Shown here piece by piece: positions 47,247 to 58,824 of a stretch of 64,000 nucleotides of DNA. How positions within the stretch are numbered: the first letter of the stretch is position 1; every line of letters starts with the position of its first letter. Position numbers and translations under genes: made by a program. Source of the DNA: Bacilli bacterium (GTDB lineage: Bacteria; Bacillota_I; Bacilli_A; RF39; UBA660); assembly GCA_017435255.1 (NCBI GenBank), contig JAFSFI010000010.1, positions 103,219 through 167,218 on the forward strand, written 5' to 3'. The notes below the pieces were generated by a model, which saw only the letters and a program-made list of their open reading frames with translations, was not told the origin of the DNA and searched no databases.

Positions 47247-48257
47247 ATGGCTAAATCAATAGATAAAGATAAAACATTAGAACAAGTATTAAGTGATATC
47301 GAAAAACAATTTGGAAAAGGTTCAATTATGAAATTAGGGGATAGTAAACATATGGAAATAGATGTTTGTCCTAGTGGTTCATTATCACTTGATATTGCGT
47401 TAGGAATAGGTGGTTATCCGAAAGGAAGAATTATAGAAATATATGGACCAGAGTCTTCTGGTAAAACCACTTTTGCACTTCATGCGATTGCAGAAGCACA
47501 AAAGCAGGGAGGGCGTGCAGCTTTTATTGATGCTGAACATGCTCTTGATCCTAATTATGCAAAAAGTTTGGGAGTAAATATTAATGAATTATTATTATCG
47601 CAACCAGATACAGGTGAACAAGCGTTAGAAATATGCGAAGCGTTAGTAAGGAGCGAAGCGGTTAGCATTATAGTAATCGACTCAGTTGCTGCATTAGTAC
47701 CTCAAGCTGAAATAGATGGTGAAATGGGGGATTCTCATGTAGGACTTCAAGCAAGACTTATGTCGCAAGCTTTAAGAAAACTTTCTGGGACTATTAATAA
47801 GACTAATACAATAGCAATATTTATTAACCAATTACGTGAAAAAGTAGGAGTAATGTTTGGTAATCCCGAAACAACTACTGGTGGTAGAGCGTTGAAATTT
47901 TATTCATCAATTAGACTTGATGTTAGACGAAGCGAAGCATTAAAAATAGGGGATAGTGTTATCGGAAATAAAACTACAGTTAAGGTAGTTAAAAATAAAG
48001 TAGCCCCTCCTTTTAAAAGTGCTGTTGTTGATATAATGTATGGTGAAGGGGTTAGTAGAGAAGGAGAAATTGTTGACTTAGGTGTTAACGCGGGAATTAT
48101 CGAAAAAAGCGGTGCTTGGTTTGCATATAACGGCGAAAAGCTAGGCCAAGGAAAAGAAAATGTTAAACTTCTATTAAAAGAAAAAACAGAATTACGTGAT
48201 GAGTTAGAAACTAAGATTAGAGCATATTATGGAGTAGAGTTAAAGAAGAGCAAATAA
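47247..48257 (+). CDS. recA: recombinase RecA
   Basis: Walker [11 protein letters not shown]1/L2 loop regions. 336 aa. Confidence 0.95.
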   Translation: MAKSIDKDKTLEQVLSDIEKQFGKGSIMKLGDSKHMEIDVCPSGSLSLDIALGIGGYPKGRIIEIYGPESSGKTTFALHAIAEAQKQGGRAAFIDAEHALDPNYAKSLGVNINELLLSQPDTGEQALEICEALVRSEAVSIIVIDSVAALVPQAEIDGEMGDSHVGLQARLMSQALRKLSGTINKTNTIAIFINQLREKVGVMFGNPETTTGGRALKFYSSIRLDVRRSEALKIGDSVIGNKTTVKVVKNKVAPPFKSAVVDIMYGEGVSREGEIVDLGVNAGIIEKSGAWFAYNGEKLGQGKENVKLLLKEKTELRDELETKIRAYYGVELKKSK

Positions 48258-48378
48258 TGCTCTTCTTTAAATTTGATGGTTTACTCTTTTTCTTGACTTA
48301 TGATTGAATAAAAACTACAATAGAATTAGATGTTAAAACTATATAAAATTTAACATAAATAGAAATGGAGGTAATAAT

Positions 48379-49929
48379 ATGGATTTATTTTTCTCCATTT
48401 TGCTAGTCGTAATTGGGTTAGGAGCAGGATTTGTAGGCGCGTATTTGATTAATAATATGAAAGAAAAGAGTTCTGCGAAAAAGGCTGAAGAAATAATTGA
48501 AAAAGCTAAAAAAGAAGCTGAAAAAGCTAAAAGAGAATCTTTATTAGAAGCAAAAGAAGAAATGCACAAGTTGAAAATAGAAACAGATAAAGAAATTAAA
48601 GAAAGAAAAAGTGAATTAAAACTTTCTGAGGATCGTCTTATTCAACGTGAAAATAATATGGATAAGAGAGAAGAACTGTATCAAAAACGTGATATAGCTT
48701 TAGATGAGCGAGAAAAAGGTTTGTTAACAAAACAAGAAGAGATCCAAAACGAACGTGCAAAAGTGGAAGAATTAAAACAAGAACAACTAGAGTTGTTAAG
48801 TAAAATATCTGGGTTAAGTAAAGATAAAGCCCACGATTTAATGATGAAAAAAGTAGAAGAGCAAATGTCCAAAGAGATTGCCGTCTACATAAAAGAAAGA
48901 GAAAATGAAGCTAAATTAATTGCGGATAAAAAGTCAAAAGACTTAATAGTATTATCTATGCAAAGGTACGCAGCAGATTTAGCTAATGAACAAACTGTTA
49001 CAGTAGTAACGCTACCTAATGATGAGATGAAAGGAAGAATCATCGGTAGAGAAGGTAGAAATATAAGAACAATCGAAGCAATTACTGGTGTAGATTTAAT
49101 AATAGATGATACACCTGAAGCAGTAGTGTTATCTAGTTTTGATCCGCTACGTCGCGAAATGGCTAGAGTTACTCTTGAAACATTAATTAAAGATGGAAGA
49201 ATTCATCCGACAAGAATAGAGGAATTATACGATAAAGTAAGTAAAGAAATGAAAGCAAAAATTATTGAATATGGTAATGATGCTTTATTTGAATTAGGAA
49301 TTACTAAAGTTGATCCGGTACTGGTTGAAACTATAGGAAGATTATATTTCAGAACTAGTTATGGACAAAATGCTTTAGAGCATTCTAAACAAGTAGCACA
49401 TTTAGCGGGACTTATTGCTGCTGAATTAGGTGAAAATGTAGGGCTTGCTAAACGCGCAGGATTATTACATGATATAGGAAAAGCAGTTGATCATGAAATA
49501 GAAGGAAGCCATGTTGAAATAGGTGTAGACTTAGCTAAAAAATATAATGAAAACGAAGTAGTAATTAACTCTATAGCATCACACCATGGAGATACTGAAG
49601 CAAAATCTACTATTTCAGTAATTGTAGCTATAGCAGATAGCTTATCAGCATCTCGTCCAGGTGCAAGAAATGATTCATTAGAGAACTATATTAAACGTTT
49701 AGAACAACTTGAAAATGTAGCTAACGATATTTCAGGAATTGAAAAAACATTTGCGGTTCAAGCTGGACGTGAATTAAGAGTTATTGTTAAACCAGAAGAA
49801 ATAGACGATTTAGGAGCTCATCAAGTAGCTCGTGAAATTAAAGAAAAAATCGAGCAGACTATGCAATATCCTGGAACAATTAAGGTAACAGTTGTAAGAG
49901 AAACTAGGGCTCAAGAAGAAGCAAAATAA
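48379..49929 (+). CDS. rny: ribonuclease Y
   Basis: N-terminal TM, coiled coil, KH domain, HD domain (LLHDIGK). 516 aa. Confidence 0.95.
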   Translation: MDLFFSILLVVIGLGAGFVGAYLINNMKEKSSAKKAEEIIEKAKKEAEKAKRESLLEAKEEMHKLKIETDKEIKERKSELKLSEDRLIQRENNMDKREELYQKRDIALDEREKGLLTKQEEIQNERAKVEELKQEQLELLSKISGLSKDKAHDLMMKKVEEQMSKEIAVYIKERENEAKLIADKKSKDLIVLSMQRYAADLANEQTVTVVTLPNDEMKGRIIGREGRNIRTIEAITGVDLIIDDTPEAVVLSSFDPLRREMARVTLETLIKDGRIHPTRIEELYDKVSKEMKAKIIEYGNDALFELGITKVDPVLVETIGRLYFRTSYGQNALEHSKQVAHLAGLIAAELGENVGLAKRAGLLHDIGKAVDHEIEGSHVEIGVDLAKKYNENEVVINSIASHHGDTEAKSTISVIVAIADSLSASRPGARNDSLENYIKRLEQLENVANDISGIEKTFAVQAGRELRVIVKPEEIDDLGAHQVAREIKEKIEQTMQYPGTIKVTVVRETRAQEEAK

Positions 49930-49931
49930 AA

Positions 49932-49958
49932 ATAGTGATTAAAGTCACTATTTTTTTA
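49932..49958 (+). terminator. rho-independent terminator
   Basis: atagtgatt-aaag-tcactat followed by ttttttt. Confidence 0.7.
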
Positions 49959-49974
49959 TTACAGGCCTCTAAAA

Positions 49975-50003
49975 TTTACATAAATTGTCATGTGTGATAT
50001 AAT
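49975..50003 (+). promoter_or_regulatory. sigmaA promoter TTTACA-N17-TGaTATAAT for glycopolymer locus
   Basis: Extended -10 consensus ~35 nt upstream of the first GT2 gene. Confidence 0.45.
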
Positions 50004-50041
50004 AAAAATGATTAGCGAGATATTTTACAAGGGAGATATTT

Positions 50042-50986
50042 ATGATTAAATACAGTGTATTAATTCCGGCCTATAACAGGGTGTTGGAAACTGAAAGAGC
50101 GATTGAATCGGTTTTAAGACAAAAAACAAAAGATTACGAAATAATCGTATTGAATGATGCCAGTAAGGAAGATTTTGAACCTTTAAAAATGAAATATAAA
50201 AATCAAGTTAAATTTTTAGTACACAAGAAAAACAAAGGACTTTCTGCAAGTAGAAACGATTTAGTAACAATTGCAAAGGGTAAATATATAGTGTTCTTAG
50301 ACAACGATGATTATATAGACGAAAAGTTTTTTGAAACTATTGATGAATATACTAACGATGATATTGATATTATCAGCTTTACATATGATGAAAAATGTTT
50401 AACCGATGATAATAATGTTACTGTTTATCATAAAGTTCCTTTTGAAATTACTAGTGGCATAGACGCTTTAGTTAGTTGGATTAATTCTGGAAATAGTTTT
50501 GATTCGTCGTGTAGTTATGTTTATAACAGGGAATTCTTTACTAAAAACAAATTTAAATTTTCTGAAGGTAGAGCTCACGAAGATTATGCTTTAACATCTG
50601 TGGTTTTATCAAAGGCAAAAAAAGTTGTTTCTTTAGATATGCCTTTATATCATGTGGTATTTACTAGCGAAAGCATCACTCGAGGCATAAATCAAGAAAA
50701 ATTAAAAAGAAACATTTATGATACTCTATATCATTTCGATAATTTGTTAGATTATTTTACAAACTTAGATATAGACAAAAAAAAGAAAAAAGTAATATAT
50801 AGTTTTTTAGCTAATTCGGTTTTGAACAACGTTAATAAACTAAAAGGAATTGACAACAAAAAATATATTAAAGAATTAAGAAATAGAAAAGTTCATAAAT
50901 TACTTTTAAATGATAGTTTAAAAAGAAAAACAAAGAAAATGTTAGTTAGTTTTAATTATAGATTGTTTTTAATAGTTAGGAGATAA
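50042..50986 (+). CDS. family 2 glycosyltransferase
   Basis: N-terminus YSVLIPAYN...LNDASKED and DxD-type motif LDNDD. Confidence 0.8.
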   Translation: MIKYSVLIPAYNRVLETERAIESVLRQKTKDYEIIVLNDASKEDFEPLKMKYKNQVKFLVHKKNKGLSASRNDLVTIAKGKYIVFLDNDDYIDEKFFETIDEYTNDDIDIISFTYDEKCLTDDNNVTVYHKVPFEITSGIDALVSWINSGNSFDSSCSYVYNREFFTKNKFKFSEGRAHEDYALTSVVLSKAKKVVSLDMPLYHVVFTSESITRGINQEKLKRNIYDTLYHFDNLLDYFTNLDIDKKKKKVIYSFLANSVLNNVNKLKGIDNKKYIKELRNRKVHKLLLNDSLKRKTKKMLVSFNYRLFLIVRR

Positions 50987-50988
50987 AT

Positions 50989-51948
50989 ATGAGAGGAATA
51001 AGTGTAATTGTACCAGTATATAATAGCGAAGAATATCTAGAAAAGTGTTTAAAATCACTGGTAAATCAAACACTAAAAGATATTGAAGTTATAATAATAA
51101 ATGATGGAAGTACAGATGGTTCACAAAGTATTATAGATAATTTCGAAAGTGTATACCCGAAAATAATAAAATCATATAATATGAAAAAAAATAGTGGGTT
51201 AGGATTCGTTAGAAATTTTGGTATATCTAAAGCGACTAAAGAGTATGTCGCTTTTGTAGACTCGGACGACTATGTTGATGAAGATATGTTTGAAATTATG
51301 TATAATAAAGCAACTGAAGATAAAAGTGAAATAGTAGAATGTGATTTTATTTGGGAATTCCCTAATAAAAATAATATAGATAGCGGTTCATTTTACGATA
51401 ATGTTAAAGATATGTTAATTAAAGTAAGAGTTATGGCATGTAATAAAATTTACAATATTTCTTGGCTTAAAAAAGTTAATCCGCAGTTTGCTGTTGGATT
51501 AAAATACGAGGATGTGTTATTCACATATCAATATGTGCCATATGTAAAGAAAGTATCCTTTGTTAAAGAACCTTTTTATCATTATGTTCAACGAAGCAAC
51601 TCCTTAGCTAATTATCAAACTAAAAGAGTTGCAGATATGTATGAAATTTTATCACAGGTTTTATCTTTTTATAAAGATAAAAAAATATATAATAAATATA
51701 AAACTGAATTGGAATATTTGTTCATAAGATACTTATTGGGTAGTTCTTATAAAAGGGCTTGTAAAATCAAGAATAATCGAGATAAAAAAGAAGTGCTAAA
51801 TAAAGGGTGGAAATTTTTAAATGATACATTTCCTAATTGGAAGAAAAATAAATATTTAAATAAATCAGGACTAAAAAATAAATATTTTAAATTGATGAAT
51901 AAACCTCTATATAAATTTAATAGTATTCTATTTAAAATATGGAGATAG
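50989..51948 (+). CDS. family 2 glycosyltransferase
   Basis: ISVIVPVYNSEEYLEKCL...IINDGSTDGS and motif VDSDD. Confidence 0.8.
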   Translation: MRGISVIVPVYNSEEYLEKCLKSLVNQTLKDIEVIIINDGSTDGSQSIIDNFESVYPKIIKSYNMKKNSGLGFVRNFGISKATKEYVAFVDSDDYVDEDMFEIMYNKATEDKSEIVECDFIWEFPNKNNIDSGSFYDNVKDMLIKVRVMACNKIYNISWLKKVNPQFAVGLKYEDVLFTYQYVPYVKKVSFVKEPFYHYVQRSNSLANYQTKRVADMYEILSQVLSFYKDKKIYNKYKTELEYLFIRYLLGSSYKRACKIKNNRDKKEVLNKGWKFLNDTFPNWKKNKYLNKSGLKNKYFKLMNKPLYKFNSILFKIWR

Positions 51949-53363
51949 TTGTGCAAAAAATAAAAAAAGAAGATTTCATTTATCTATTTATATTACTTAG
52001 TCCTATATTAGATGTCTTTAGTTCGATTATTAATTTTGGTTCTTTTTCGCCTTCGTTATTCATAAGGCCTATAATACCCTTAATATTATTGATATATATA
52101 TTTATTAAAGATAAAAAAACTAGAAAATATTTAATTACAGCAGGTTTTATATATATATTGTTTGCTATTGTTCATTTGTTGTTATATAGAGATTTAATAA
52201 CAGGAATATCTTATGGTGGAATAATATATGAAGCTAGTTATTTATGCAATTATACTTATTTAATATTTACTTTGTTTTTATTTTTATATTTGTTTAAAGA
52301 TAAAGATAAAAATAAATTGAATAGAACTTTTGTTATATATACAACAATTTATATTATAAGTATTTATCTGTCGATAATAACTAATACCGCTGGAAGCACT
52401 TATGTTGAAGGTGCTGGATATAAAGGTTGGTTTAATACGGGAGGAGCCGTCGGCTCAATATTTATTAGTTCCTTATTTATATTAATTCCATATTTATTTA
52501 ACAATAAAAAACATTTTACTTTAAAAGTATTGTTGATTGCTTCCATAATATTTTATTTGTGTTTCCTTTTGGGAACTAGAGTAGGATTATTAGGCGGTAT
52601 TATAGTTCTTTTTTGCTATATAGCATTTCAAATTTTCTGTTCCATAACTAAAACAAATAAAATAGTGTTTAAAAATATATTAACTAGTTGTGCTTTGTTA
52701 ATTGTTACCATCTTAGGCCTTTTTGCCATAGGTAGTGAAAGTATAAATAGAAGACAGGACTTAGCTGATTTAGCAGGTAAAGTTCCCGATGTGGAAGAAA
52801 ATACAGTGGTAGACTTGGATGAAACAATATATATGGCCTATGATTTAGTAAAGTTAAAAGTTCAAATAGAAAATAATATTATAAGTGAAGAATATATGTC
52901 AAAAGAACAGCAACGAGCACTTCTAGAATTAGACAAATACAGCAGTAAAAATAAACTAGCTAGTACAGATGTCAGGAAGCAACAACTTTTGTATCATCGT
53001 TTTTTATATCAAGAACAAAACAATATATTTTTAAAATTATTTGGAAATGGTTATTTAACTAATGCAGGTAATTTAACATTAGAGATGGAAATTATAGCAC
53101 TTTTTTATAATTTTGGAATTATAGGATTTGTTATATTCATAGGACCATTCTTTTTAATATTTGGTTATGGCTTATATAAAGGAGTAAAAAATATAAGGCA
53201 AATTAACGTAAGTTATTTGATGTTATTAGCGGGTTGCTTTATGACTTATATGATTTCTTTTTTAGCGGGTCATACATATTTTAATAGTTCGGTAATGATT
53301 GTTATAGTTTTGTTACACACATTATTATTGGAAAAAGCATTTTTATTAAAAAAGGAGAAGTAA
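51939..53363 (+). CDS. polytopic membrane protein, O-antigen polymerase/ligase (Wzy/WaaL)-like
   Basis: ~11 TM with a large hydrophilic loop near residues 270-350. Overlaps the upstream GT2 by 10 nt. Confidence 0.45.
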   Translation: MEIVVQKIKKEDFIYLFILLSPILDVFSSIINFGSFSPSLFIRPIIPLILLIYIFIKDKKTRKYLITAGFIYILFAIVHLLLYRDLITGISYGGIIYEASYLCNYTYLIFTLFLFLYLFKDKDKNKLNRTFVIYTTIYIISIYLSIITNTAGSTYVEGAGYKGWFNTGGAVGSIFISSLFILIPYLFNNKKHFTLKVLLIASIIFYLCFLLGTRVGLLGGIIVLFCYIAFQIFCSITKTNKIVFKNILTSCALLIVTILGLFAIGSESINRRQDLADLAGKVPDVEENTVVDLDETIYMAYDLVKLKVQIENNIISEEYMSKEQQRALLELDKYSSKNKLASTDVRKQQLLYHRFLYQEQNNIFLKLFGNGYLTNAGNLTLEMEIIALFYNFGIIGFVIFIGPFFLIFGYGLYKGVKNIRQINVSYLMLLAGCFMTYMISFLAGHTYFNSSVMIVIVLLHTLLLEKAFLLKKEK

Positions 53364-53364
53364 T

Positions 53365-54465
53365 ATGAAAAAAGTATTATTTGGAATTACTAATTTAGAA
53401 ATAGGTGGAGCTGAAAAAGTTCTTGTTAATATAGTAAATGAGTTAAAAGATACATATGATATTACGATATTAACTTTATATGCACAAGGATGTTTGGAAA
53501 AAGATATTTCTAAAGATGTAAAGCTAGAAAGCGTTTGTAATAAATCATACGAACAACTTGGTTTTATTAAGCGCAAATTTTTTTCTTTACAATTGAAAAT
53601 GCCTTTTTTTAGAAAAAGATTATACAAAAAGTATGTTGCTAAAAAATACGATGTTGAAGTTGCATTTTTAGAAGGACCTATAACAGAATTACTACAAGAA
53701 AAGTCGAAAGCTAAAAAAGTTGCCTGGATTCATACTGATTTAGAAAAACATTATCACGAAAGAAAACATAATAAATTAATTGAAGTATATAAAAAATATC
53801 AACATCTAGTTTTTGTGAGCCAAAATAGTTTAGATAAGTTTAATTTAATAGATAGTAGTAATACTTTTTTAGGTAAAAAAGAAATTATTTATAATTATAT
53901 ATCTTTTGATTCAATTATAAGATTAAGTAAAGGAAAGATAGATGATAAATTTAGCAAAGAAATTAACTTTGTCGTAGTAGCAAGATTAGTCTCAGCTAAA
54001 GGTATTGATCGTTTAATGAAGGTTCATAAAAAACTCATGGACGACAAATTAAATCACCATATATATGTGGTAGGAGATGGCCCTTTAAAACAGGAATTGA
54101 TTAAATTGCAAAGAGAATATAAAGTCGAAAATACGTTTCATTTATTAGGACAGAAAACTAACCCCTATCCATATATTAAAAAAGGGGATTATTTCTTGTT
54201 GCCGTCCTATTATGAAGGGTATCCAGTTACTTTAATAGAGGCAATGGCATTAAATAAATTTATAGTTGCTACAAACATTGCTAGTTGTGAAGTGCTTAAA
54301 GATTACTCTAGTAAGCTTATAGCGGAAAATTCTGAAGAGGGTATTTATAATAGTTTAAAACAAATTATAACTAGTCCAAATACCAAGAACAATAAAAACA
54401 AATTTAACAATCCTAATAATGATATATTAGATAAAATAAATAAATTGATTGGAGGAGAAGAATAA
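53365..54465 (+). CDS. family 4 (GT-B) glycosyltransferase
   Basis: C-terminal E-x7-E region LLPSYYEGYPVTLIEAMA. Confidence 0.75.
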   Translation: MKKVLFGITNLEIGGAEKVLVNIVNELKDTYDITILTLYAQGCLEKDISKDVKLESVCNKSYEQLGFIKRKFFSLQLKMPFFRKRLYKKYVAKKYDVEVAFLEGPITELLQEKSKAKKVAWIHTDLEKHYHERKHNKLIEVYKKYQHLVFVSQNSLDKFNLIDSSNTFLGKKEIIYNYISFDSIIRLSKGKIDDKFSKEINFVVVARLVSAKGIDRLMKVHKKLMDDKLNHHIYVVGDGPLKQELIKLQREYKVENTFHLLGQKTNPYPYIKKGDYFLLPSYYEGYPVTLIEAMALNKFIVATNIASCEVLKDYSSKLIAENSEEGIYNSLKQIITSPNTKNNKNKFNNPNNDILDKINKLIGGEE

Positions 54466-55364
54466 TGATTTCTATTGTAACACCGACTTACAATCGTGCT
54501 TATAGTCTTCCGAGATTGTATAAAAGTTTATTAAAAAATAAAAAAACACACTCTGATTTTGAATGGGTTATTATTGATGATGGTTCAACTGATAATACTA
54601 AAGAGTTAATCGACAAATGGATAGATGAAGGGAAGGTGATAATACGTTATTATAAGCAAAAAAATAGCGGTAAAATGGCGGCATTGAACTTTGTTATGAA
54701 GAACACAAAAGGGAATATTATTGTTGAGTTGGATTCTGACGATTATTTGAAAGACAAAGCTTTAAAAATAATAGCAAATAGTTTTGAAGAAATAGAAAAT
54801 GATCCAAAACTTTATGGCGTGCTTTTTAGGAAAGAATTTAATAACAAAGCAATAGATGAAAAAAATGTCTTTCCTTTTGATAGAGAAGTATCTAAAATGT
54901 TTGATTTATATATGAAAAAAGGATTTGATAAAGATGCTGCAGTTGTATTTAAAGGTGATATTAGAAGAAAGTTTAAACATAAGCTTGAACGCAATGAGAA
55001 ATTTATAACTGAAGCTAGAATGTATAATGAAATGGACAAGTTGTATGACGGGTTATTATGTATTAATGAACCAATTATGGTATGTGAGTACCTACAAGAT
55101 GGTTATTCTAAAAATATTAATAACGTATTTAAAAATAATCCTTATGGTTATCGATGTTATTTTAAGGAATCATTAGAAATGGATTTAACTAACTTGCCGT
55201 TTAAAAAACGTTTATATTTTGTAAAACACTATATTTTATTTTCGTATCTTACTAGCACAACTAAATATAAATGTATCAAAGAAGTTTATGGTTTTTTTAA
55301 TAAAATTTTAACAACAATTCTTGTAATTCCGGGGTATTACAAGAGTAAAAAAAGGTTTTTCTAA
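54465..55364 (+). CDS. family 2 glycosyltransferase
   Basis: ISIVTPTYNRAYSL...IIDDGSTDNT and motif LDSDD. Confidence 0.75.
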   Translation: MISIVTPTYNRAYSLPRLYKSLLKNKKTHSDFEWVIIDDGSTDNTKELIDKWIDEGKVIIRYYKQKNSGKMAALNFVMKNTKGNIIVELDSDDYLKDKALKIIANSFEEIENDPKLYGVLFRKEFNNKAIDEKNVFPFDREVSKMFDLYMKKGFDKDAAVVFKGDIRRKFKHKLERNEKFITEARMYNEMDKLYDGLLCINEPIMVCEYLQDGYSKNINNVFKNNPYGYRCYFKESLEMDLTNLPFKKRLYFVKHYILFSYLTSTTKYKCIKEVYGFFNKILTTILVIPGYYKSKKRFF

Positions 55365-55419
55365 GTAGAAATATATGATATAATATTAATAAGACCTAAA
55401 GAAAGGAAAATGGAGTAGT

Positions 55420-55893
55420 ATGAAAAAAGTATTATTTATTTCTAGTACTGGTGGTCACTTGTCCGAAATGTTAGAATTAAAGGATCTTTTTAAACAGTAC
55501 GACTATCATATTATTACTGAGAAAACTAAAAGCAATTTGTCCTTGCAAAAAGAATATCCTAACAAAGTAAATTATCTTATTTATGGTACAAAAGATCATA
55601 TGTTAACATATCCTTTTAAATTAATTGCTAATTGTTTTAAAAGCTTATACTTTTATATAAAAATTAGACCACAAGTAATTGTCACAACAGGAGCCCATAC
55701 AGCTGGTCCTATGTGTTGTATTGGTAAAATTTTTGGTAGCAAAATTATATATATTGAAAGTTTTGCTAATATACATACAAAAACTATTACAGGTAGGTTA
55801 ATTTACCATTTTGCTGATTTGTTTATTGTTCAGTGGAAAAGCATGTTAAAACTTTATCCTAAAGCAGTTTATGGAGGGTGGATTTACAAATGA
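55420..55893 (+). CDS. Alg14-like membrane subunit of split UDP-GlcNAc-type glycosyltransferase (EpsE/Cps14F-like)
   Basis: MKKVLFISSTGGHLSEMLEL N-terminus typical of Alg14/PssD. 157 aa. Confidence 0.65.
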   Translation: MKKVLFISSTGGHLSEMLELKDLFKQYDYHIITEKTKSNLSLQKEYPNKVNYLIYGTKDHMLTYPFKLIANCFKSLYFYIKIRPQVIVTTGAHTAGPMCCIGKIFGSKIIYIESFANIHTKTITGRLIYHFADLFIVQWKSMLKLYPKAVYGGWIYK

Positions 55894-56384
55894 TATTAGT
55901 GTTGTTAGGTACGCAAGATAAAAGTTTCCATAGACTATTAGAACAAATAGATAAATCTATTGTTAAGGGCACAATTACAGAAGAAGTAATAGTACAAGCT
56001 GGGCATACCAAATATAGTAGTCCTAATATGAAAATATTTGATTTTGTTTCTAAAAAAGAGTTAGAAGAATATGTAGAAAAAAGTTCCCTTATTATTACTC
56101 ATGCCGGAGTAGGGTCAATATTAGACGGAATAAGAAAATGTAAAAAAATGATAGTTGCACCTAGGCTAAAAAAATACAAAGAGCATACTAACGATCATCA
56201 GTTGCAAATATTAAAAGAGTTTGGCGAACTAGGATATATTTTACCGCTTTATGATTTTAGTTCTTTAGATAAATTAATATTAAAATCAAAGAAATTTAAA
56301 GTAAAGAAATATCAAAATACTAATCAAATGATTAATTTAATTGCTGATTATATAGATAAAAACGTAAAGGACGTGAGAAAATGA
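55878..56384 (+). CDS. Alg13-like catalytic subunit (GT28 C-terminal domain; EpsF/Cps14G-like)
   Basis: ITHAGVGSILDGI motif. Overlaps its Alg14 partner by 16 nt. Confidence 0.65.
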   Translation: MDLQMILVLLGTQDKSFHRLLEQIDKSIVKGTITEEVIVQAGHTKYSSPNMKIFDFVSKKELEEYVEKSSLIITHAGVGSILDGIRKCKKMIVAPRLKKYKEHTNDHQLQILKEFGELGYILPLYDFSSLDKLILKSKKFKVKKYQNTNQMINLIADYIDKNVKDVRK

Positions 56385-57127
56385 AAGATAAACATGATAA
56401 AACTATAGCTATTACTGTTAGGCGTGTTAATAAAGATTTTAAATTGTTTTATGATAAAGCTAATACATTAAAGGAGAAACTTTTATTTTGGAATAGAAGC
56501 AAAAATGATATTTTACATATTTTAAAAGATATTAACTTAGATATTTATAAGGGTGAAACGGTAGCATTGATAGGTGTAAATGGTAGTGGAAAAAGCACTT
56601 TATTAAAGCTAATGACAAAAATAATTTATCCCAATAGTGGATATTTAAAAACTTATGGTAAATTAACTTCTTTATTAGAACTAGGTGCTGGATTTCATCC
56701 AGATTTTTCAGGTAGAGAAAATATTTATTTTAATGCGTCTATTTTTGGTTTAACAAAAGGAGATATTGACAAACGAATAGATAAAATTATTGAATTTTCT
56801 GAATTAGAAGAATTTATTGATAATCCAGTTCGTACATATTCTTCGGGTATGTATTTACGTTTAGCTTTTTCTGTAGCTATAAATGTTGATGCTGATATTT
56901 TGTTAATAGATGAAATCTTAGCGGTAGGAGATCAACATTTTCAAGAAAAATGTTATAAGAGATTAGAAGAATTAAAAAAAGATGGGAAAACTATTGTGAT
57001 TGTTACTCATGCATTAGATGTTGTTAAGTCTTTTTGTAATAGAGCCATTTGGATATCAGAGGGGGTTGTTAAGATGGATGGAGACCCTAAAAAAGTCGTT
57101 GGCGCATACTTAAATGATTGCAGATAG
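56381..57127 (+). CDS. polysaccharide/teichoic-acid export ABC transporter ATP-binding protein (Wzt/TagH-like)
   Basis: Walker A GVNGSGKSTLLKL and signature YSSGMYLRLAF. Confidence 0.85.
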   Translation: MKDKHDKTIAITVRRVNKDFKLFYDKANTLKEKLLFWNRSKNDILHILKDINLDIYKGETVALIGVNGSGKSTLLKLMTKIIYPNSGYLKTYGKLTSLLELGAGFHPDFSGRENIYFNASIFGLTKGDIDKRIDKIIEFSELEEFIDNPVRTYSSGMYLRLAFSVAINVDADILLIDEILAVGDQHFQEKCYKRLEELKKDGKTIVIVTHALDVVKSFCNRAIWISEGVVKMDGDPKKVVGAYLNDCR

Positions 57128-57138
57128 GAGGTCTTAAA

Positions 57139-57915
57139 ATGGTACAATTATTTAAAAATTTATATGATTATAGAGAACTATTAAAAACTAACGTTAAAAA
57201 AGAAATTAGAGGGAAATATAAGGGGGCATGGTTAGGTGTGTTTTGGTCTTTATTAAATCCCATATTATTGCTAGTTGTATATTCAATTATTTTCCCTTAT
57301 ATTTTAAGAATTCAAATACCTAATTATACAATGTATTTATGTGTGGCATTATTACCGTGGACATGCTTTACTTCTACTATACAACAAGGTACTTATGCTG
57401 TTGTAGTTAATGGTAATATTATAAAAAAAGTATACTTCCCCAGAGAGATATTGCCTATATCGGTTGTTACAAGCGGCGTTGTTAACTTCCTAATTACTTC
57501 TCTTGTAATGTTTGGATTTTTGATTTTTGGAGGTCTAGGACTTACTCCTTATGCCTTACTATTTCCAATCATTTTATTATTACAATTTATTATTATGATA
57601 GGCATTACATTTATTTTATCGGCTGTTACAGTTTATGTTAGAGATTTAGAACATCTAGTAGGATTAGGGCTAATGGTGTTATTCTATGGTACTCCAATTG
57701 TTTACACTATGGACTCTATTCCGGCTAAACTAGCATGGATTTTAAATTTAAATCCAATGACTCACATTATTACAGCATATCGCGATATTTTATATTATCA
57801 ACAAATGCCTAATTGGATTAATTTAGGAATACTAGCTTTAGTAGGAGTTGCACTATTTATCGTGGGTTATTATATATTTAAAAGATTAGAAAGAAATTTC
57901 GCTGAGGAATTTTAA
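57139..57915 (+). CDS. ABC-2 type polysaccharide export permease (Wzm/TagG-like)
   Basis: 6 TM ABC-2 permease pattern. RBS aggagg 7 nt before ATG 57139. Confidence 0.8.
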   Translation: MVQLFKNLYDYRELLKTNVKKEIRGKYKGAWLGVFWSLLNPILLLVVYSIIFPYILRIQIPNYTMYLCVALLPWTCFTSTIQQGTYAVVVNGNIIKKVYFPREILPISVVTSGVVNFLITSLVMFGFLIFGGLGLTPYALLFPIILLLQFIIMIGITFILSAVTVYVRDLEHLVGLGLMVLFYGTPIVYTMDSIPAKLAWILNLNPMTHIITAYRDILYYQQMPNWINLGILALVGVALFIVGYYIFKRLERNFAEEF

Positions 57916-57936
57916 TTATAGAGGAGGTTTTAAATT

Positions 57937-58824
57937 ATGAAAGGAATTATTTTAGCGGGAGGAAAAGGAACTAGGTTATATCCAATGACATTGGTTACTT
58001 CAAAACAATTATTGCCTATTTATGATAAACCGATGATTTATTATCCACTATCTGTTTTAATGCTAGCAGGTATAACTGAAGTACTTATTATTTCTACACC
58101 ACAGGATTTAGCAAATTATGAAAAACTACTTGGTGATGGTAGTAAATACGGTATTAAATTATCTTATAAAGTACAAGAACAACCTAGGGGATTAGCGGAT
58201 GCGTTTATATTAGGTGAAGAATTTATAGGTAGAGACAGCGTTTGCTTAATTTTAGGTGATAATATCTTCTATGGTGGTGGAATTACATTGGCGTTAGAAG
58301 ATGCTATGAGTAGGGATAAAGGTGCTACTATATTTGGATATCCAGTTATGAATCCAAAATCATTTGGGGTAGTTGAGTTTGATAAACATGGTAATGTATT
58401 GTCAATCGAAGAAAAGCCAGAACATCCAAAATCAAAATATGCTGTTCCTGGACTATATTTTTATGATAACGATGTAGTTGAAATTGCAAAAAATGTTAAA
58501 CCATCAGCAAGAGGGGAAATAGAAATAACTGCTATCAACAACGAGTATTTAAGAAGAGGAACGTTAAAAGTAGAACTATTAGGTAGAGGTATGGCATGGC
58601 TAGATACTGGTACACCTAAAAATATGCAATTAGCATCAGCATTTGTAGAATCAGTCCAATCACAGCAAGGTTTCTATATAGCATGTTTAGAAGAAATTGC
58701 TTATCAACAAGGATTTATAAGTTTAGAAGAATTAAAGATGCGTGCAGATGAACTTAAAGCTAGTGATTATGGGCAATACTTATTAAAAATATATGAAGAA
58801 GAAAAAGAGAAAGAAGGTAAATAA
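57937..58824 (+). CDS. rfbA: glucose-1-phosphate thymidylyltransferase
   Basis: [19 protein letters not shown]-terminus. 295 aa. Confidence 0.9.
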   Translation: MKGIILAGGKGTRLYPMTLVTSKQLLPIYDKPMIYYPLSVLMLAGITEVLIISTPQDLANYEKLLGDGSKYGIKLSYKVQEQPRGLADAFILGEEFIGRDSVCLILGDNIFYGGGITLALEDAMSRDKGATIFGYPVMNPKSFGVVEFDKHGNVLSIEEKPEHPKSKYAVPGLYFYDNDVVEIAKNVKPSARGEIEITAINNEYLRRGTLKVELLGRGMAWLDTGTPKNMQLASAFVESVQSQQGFYIACLEEIAYQQGFISLEELKMRADELKASDYGQYLLKIYEEEKEKEGK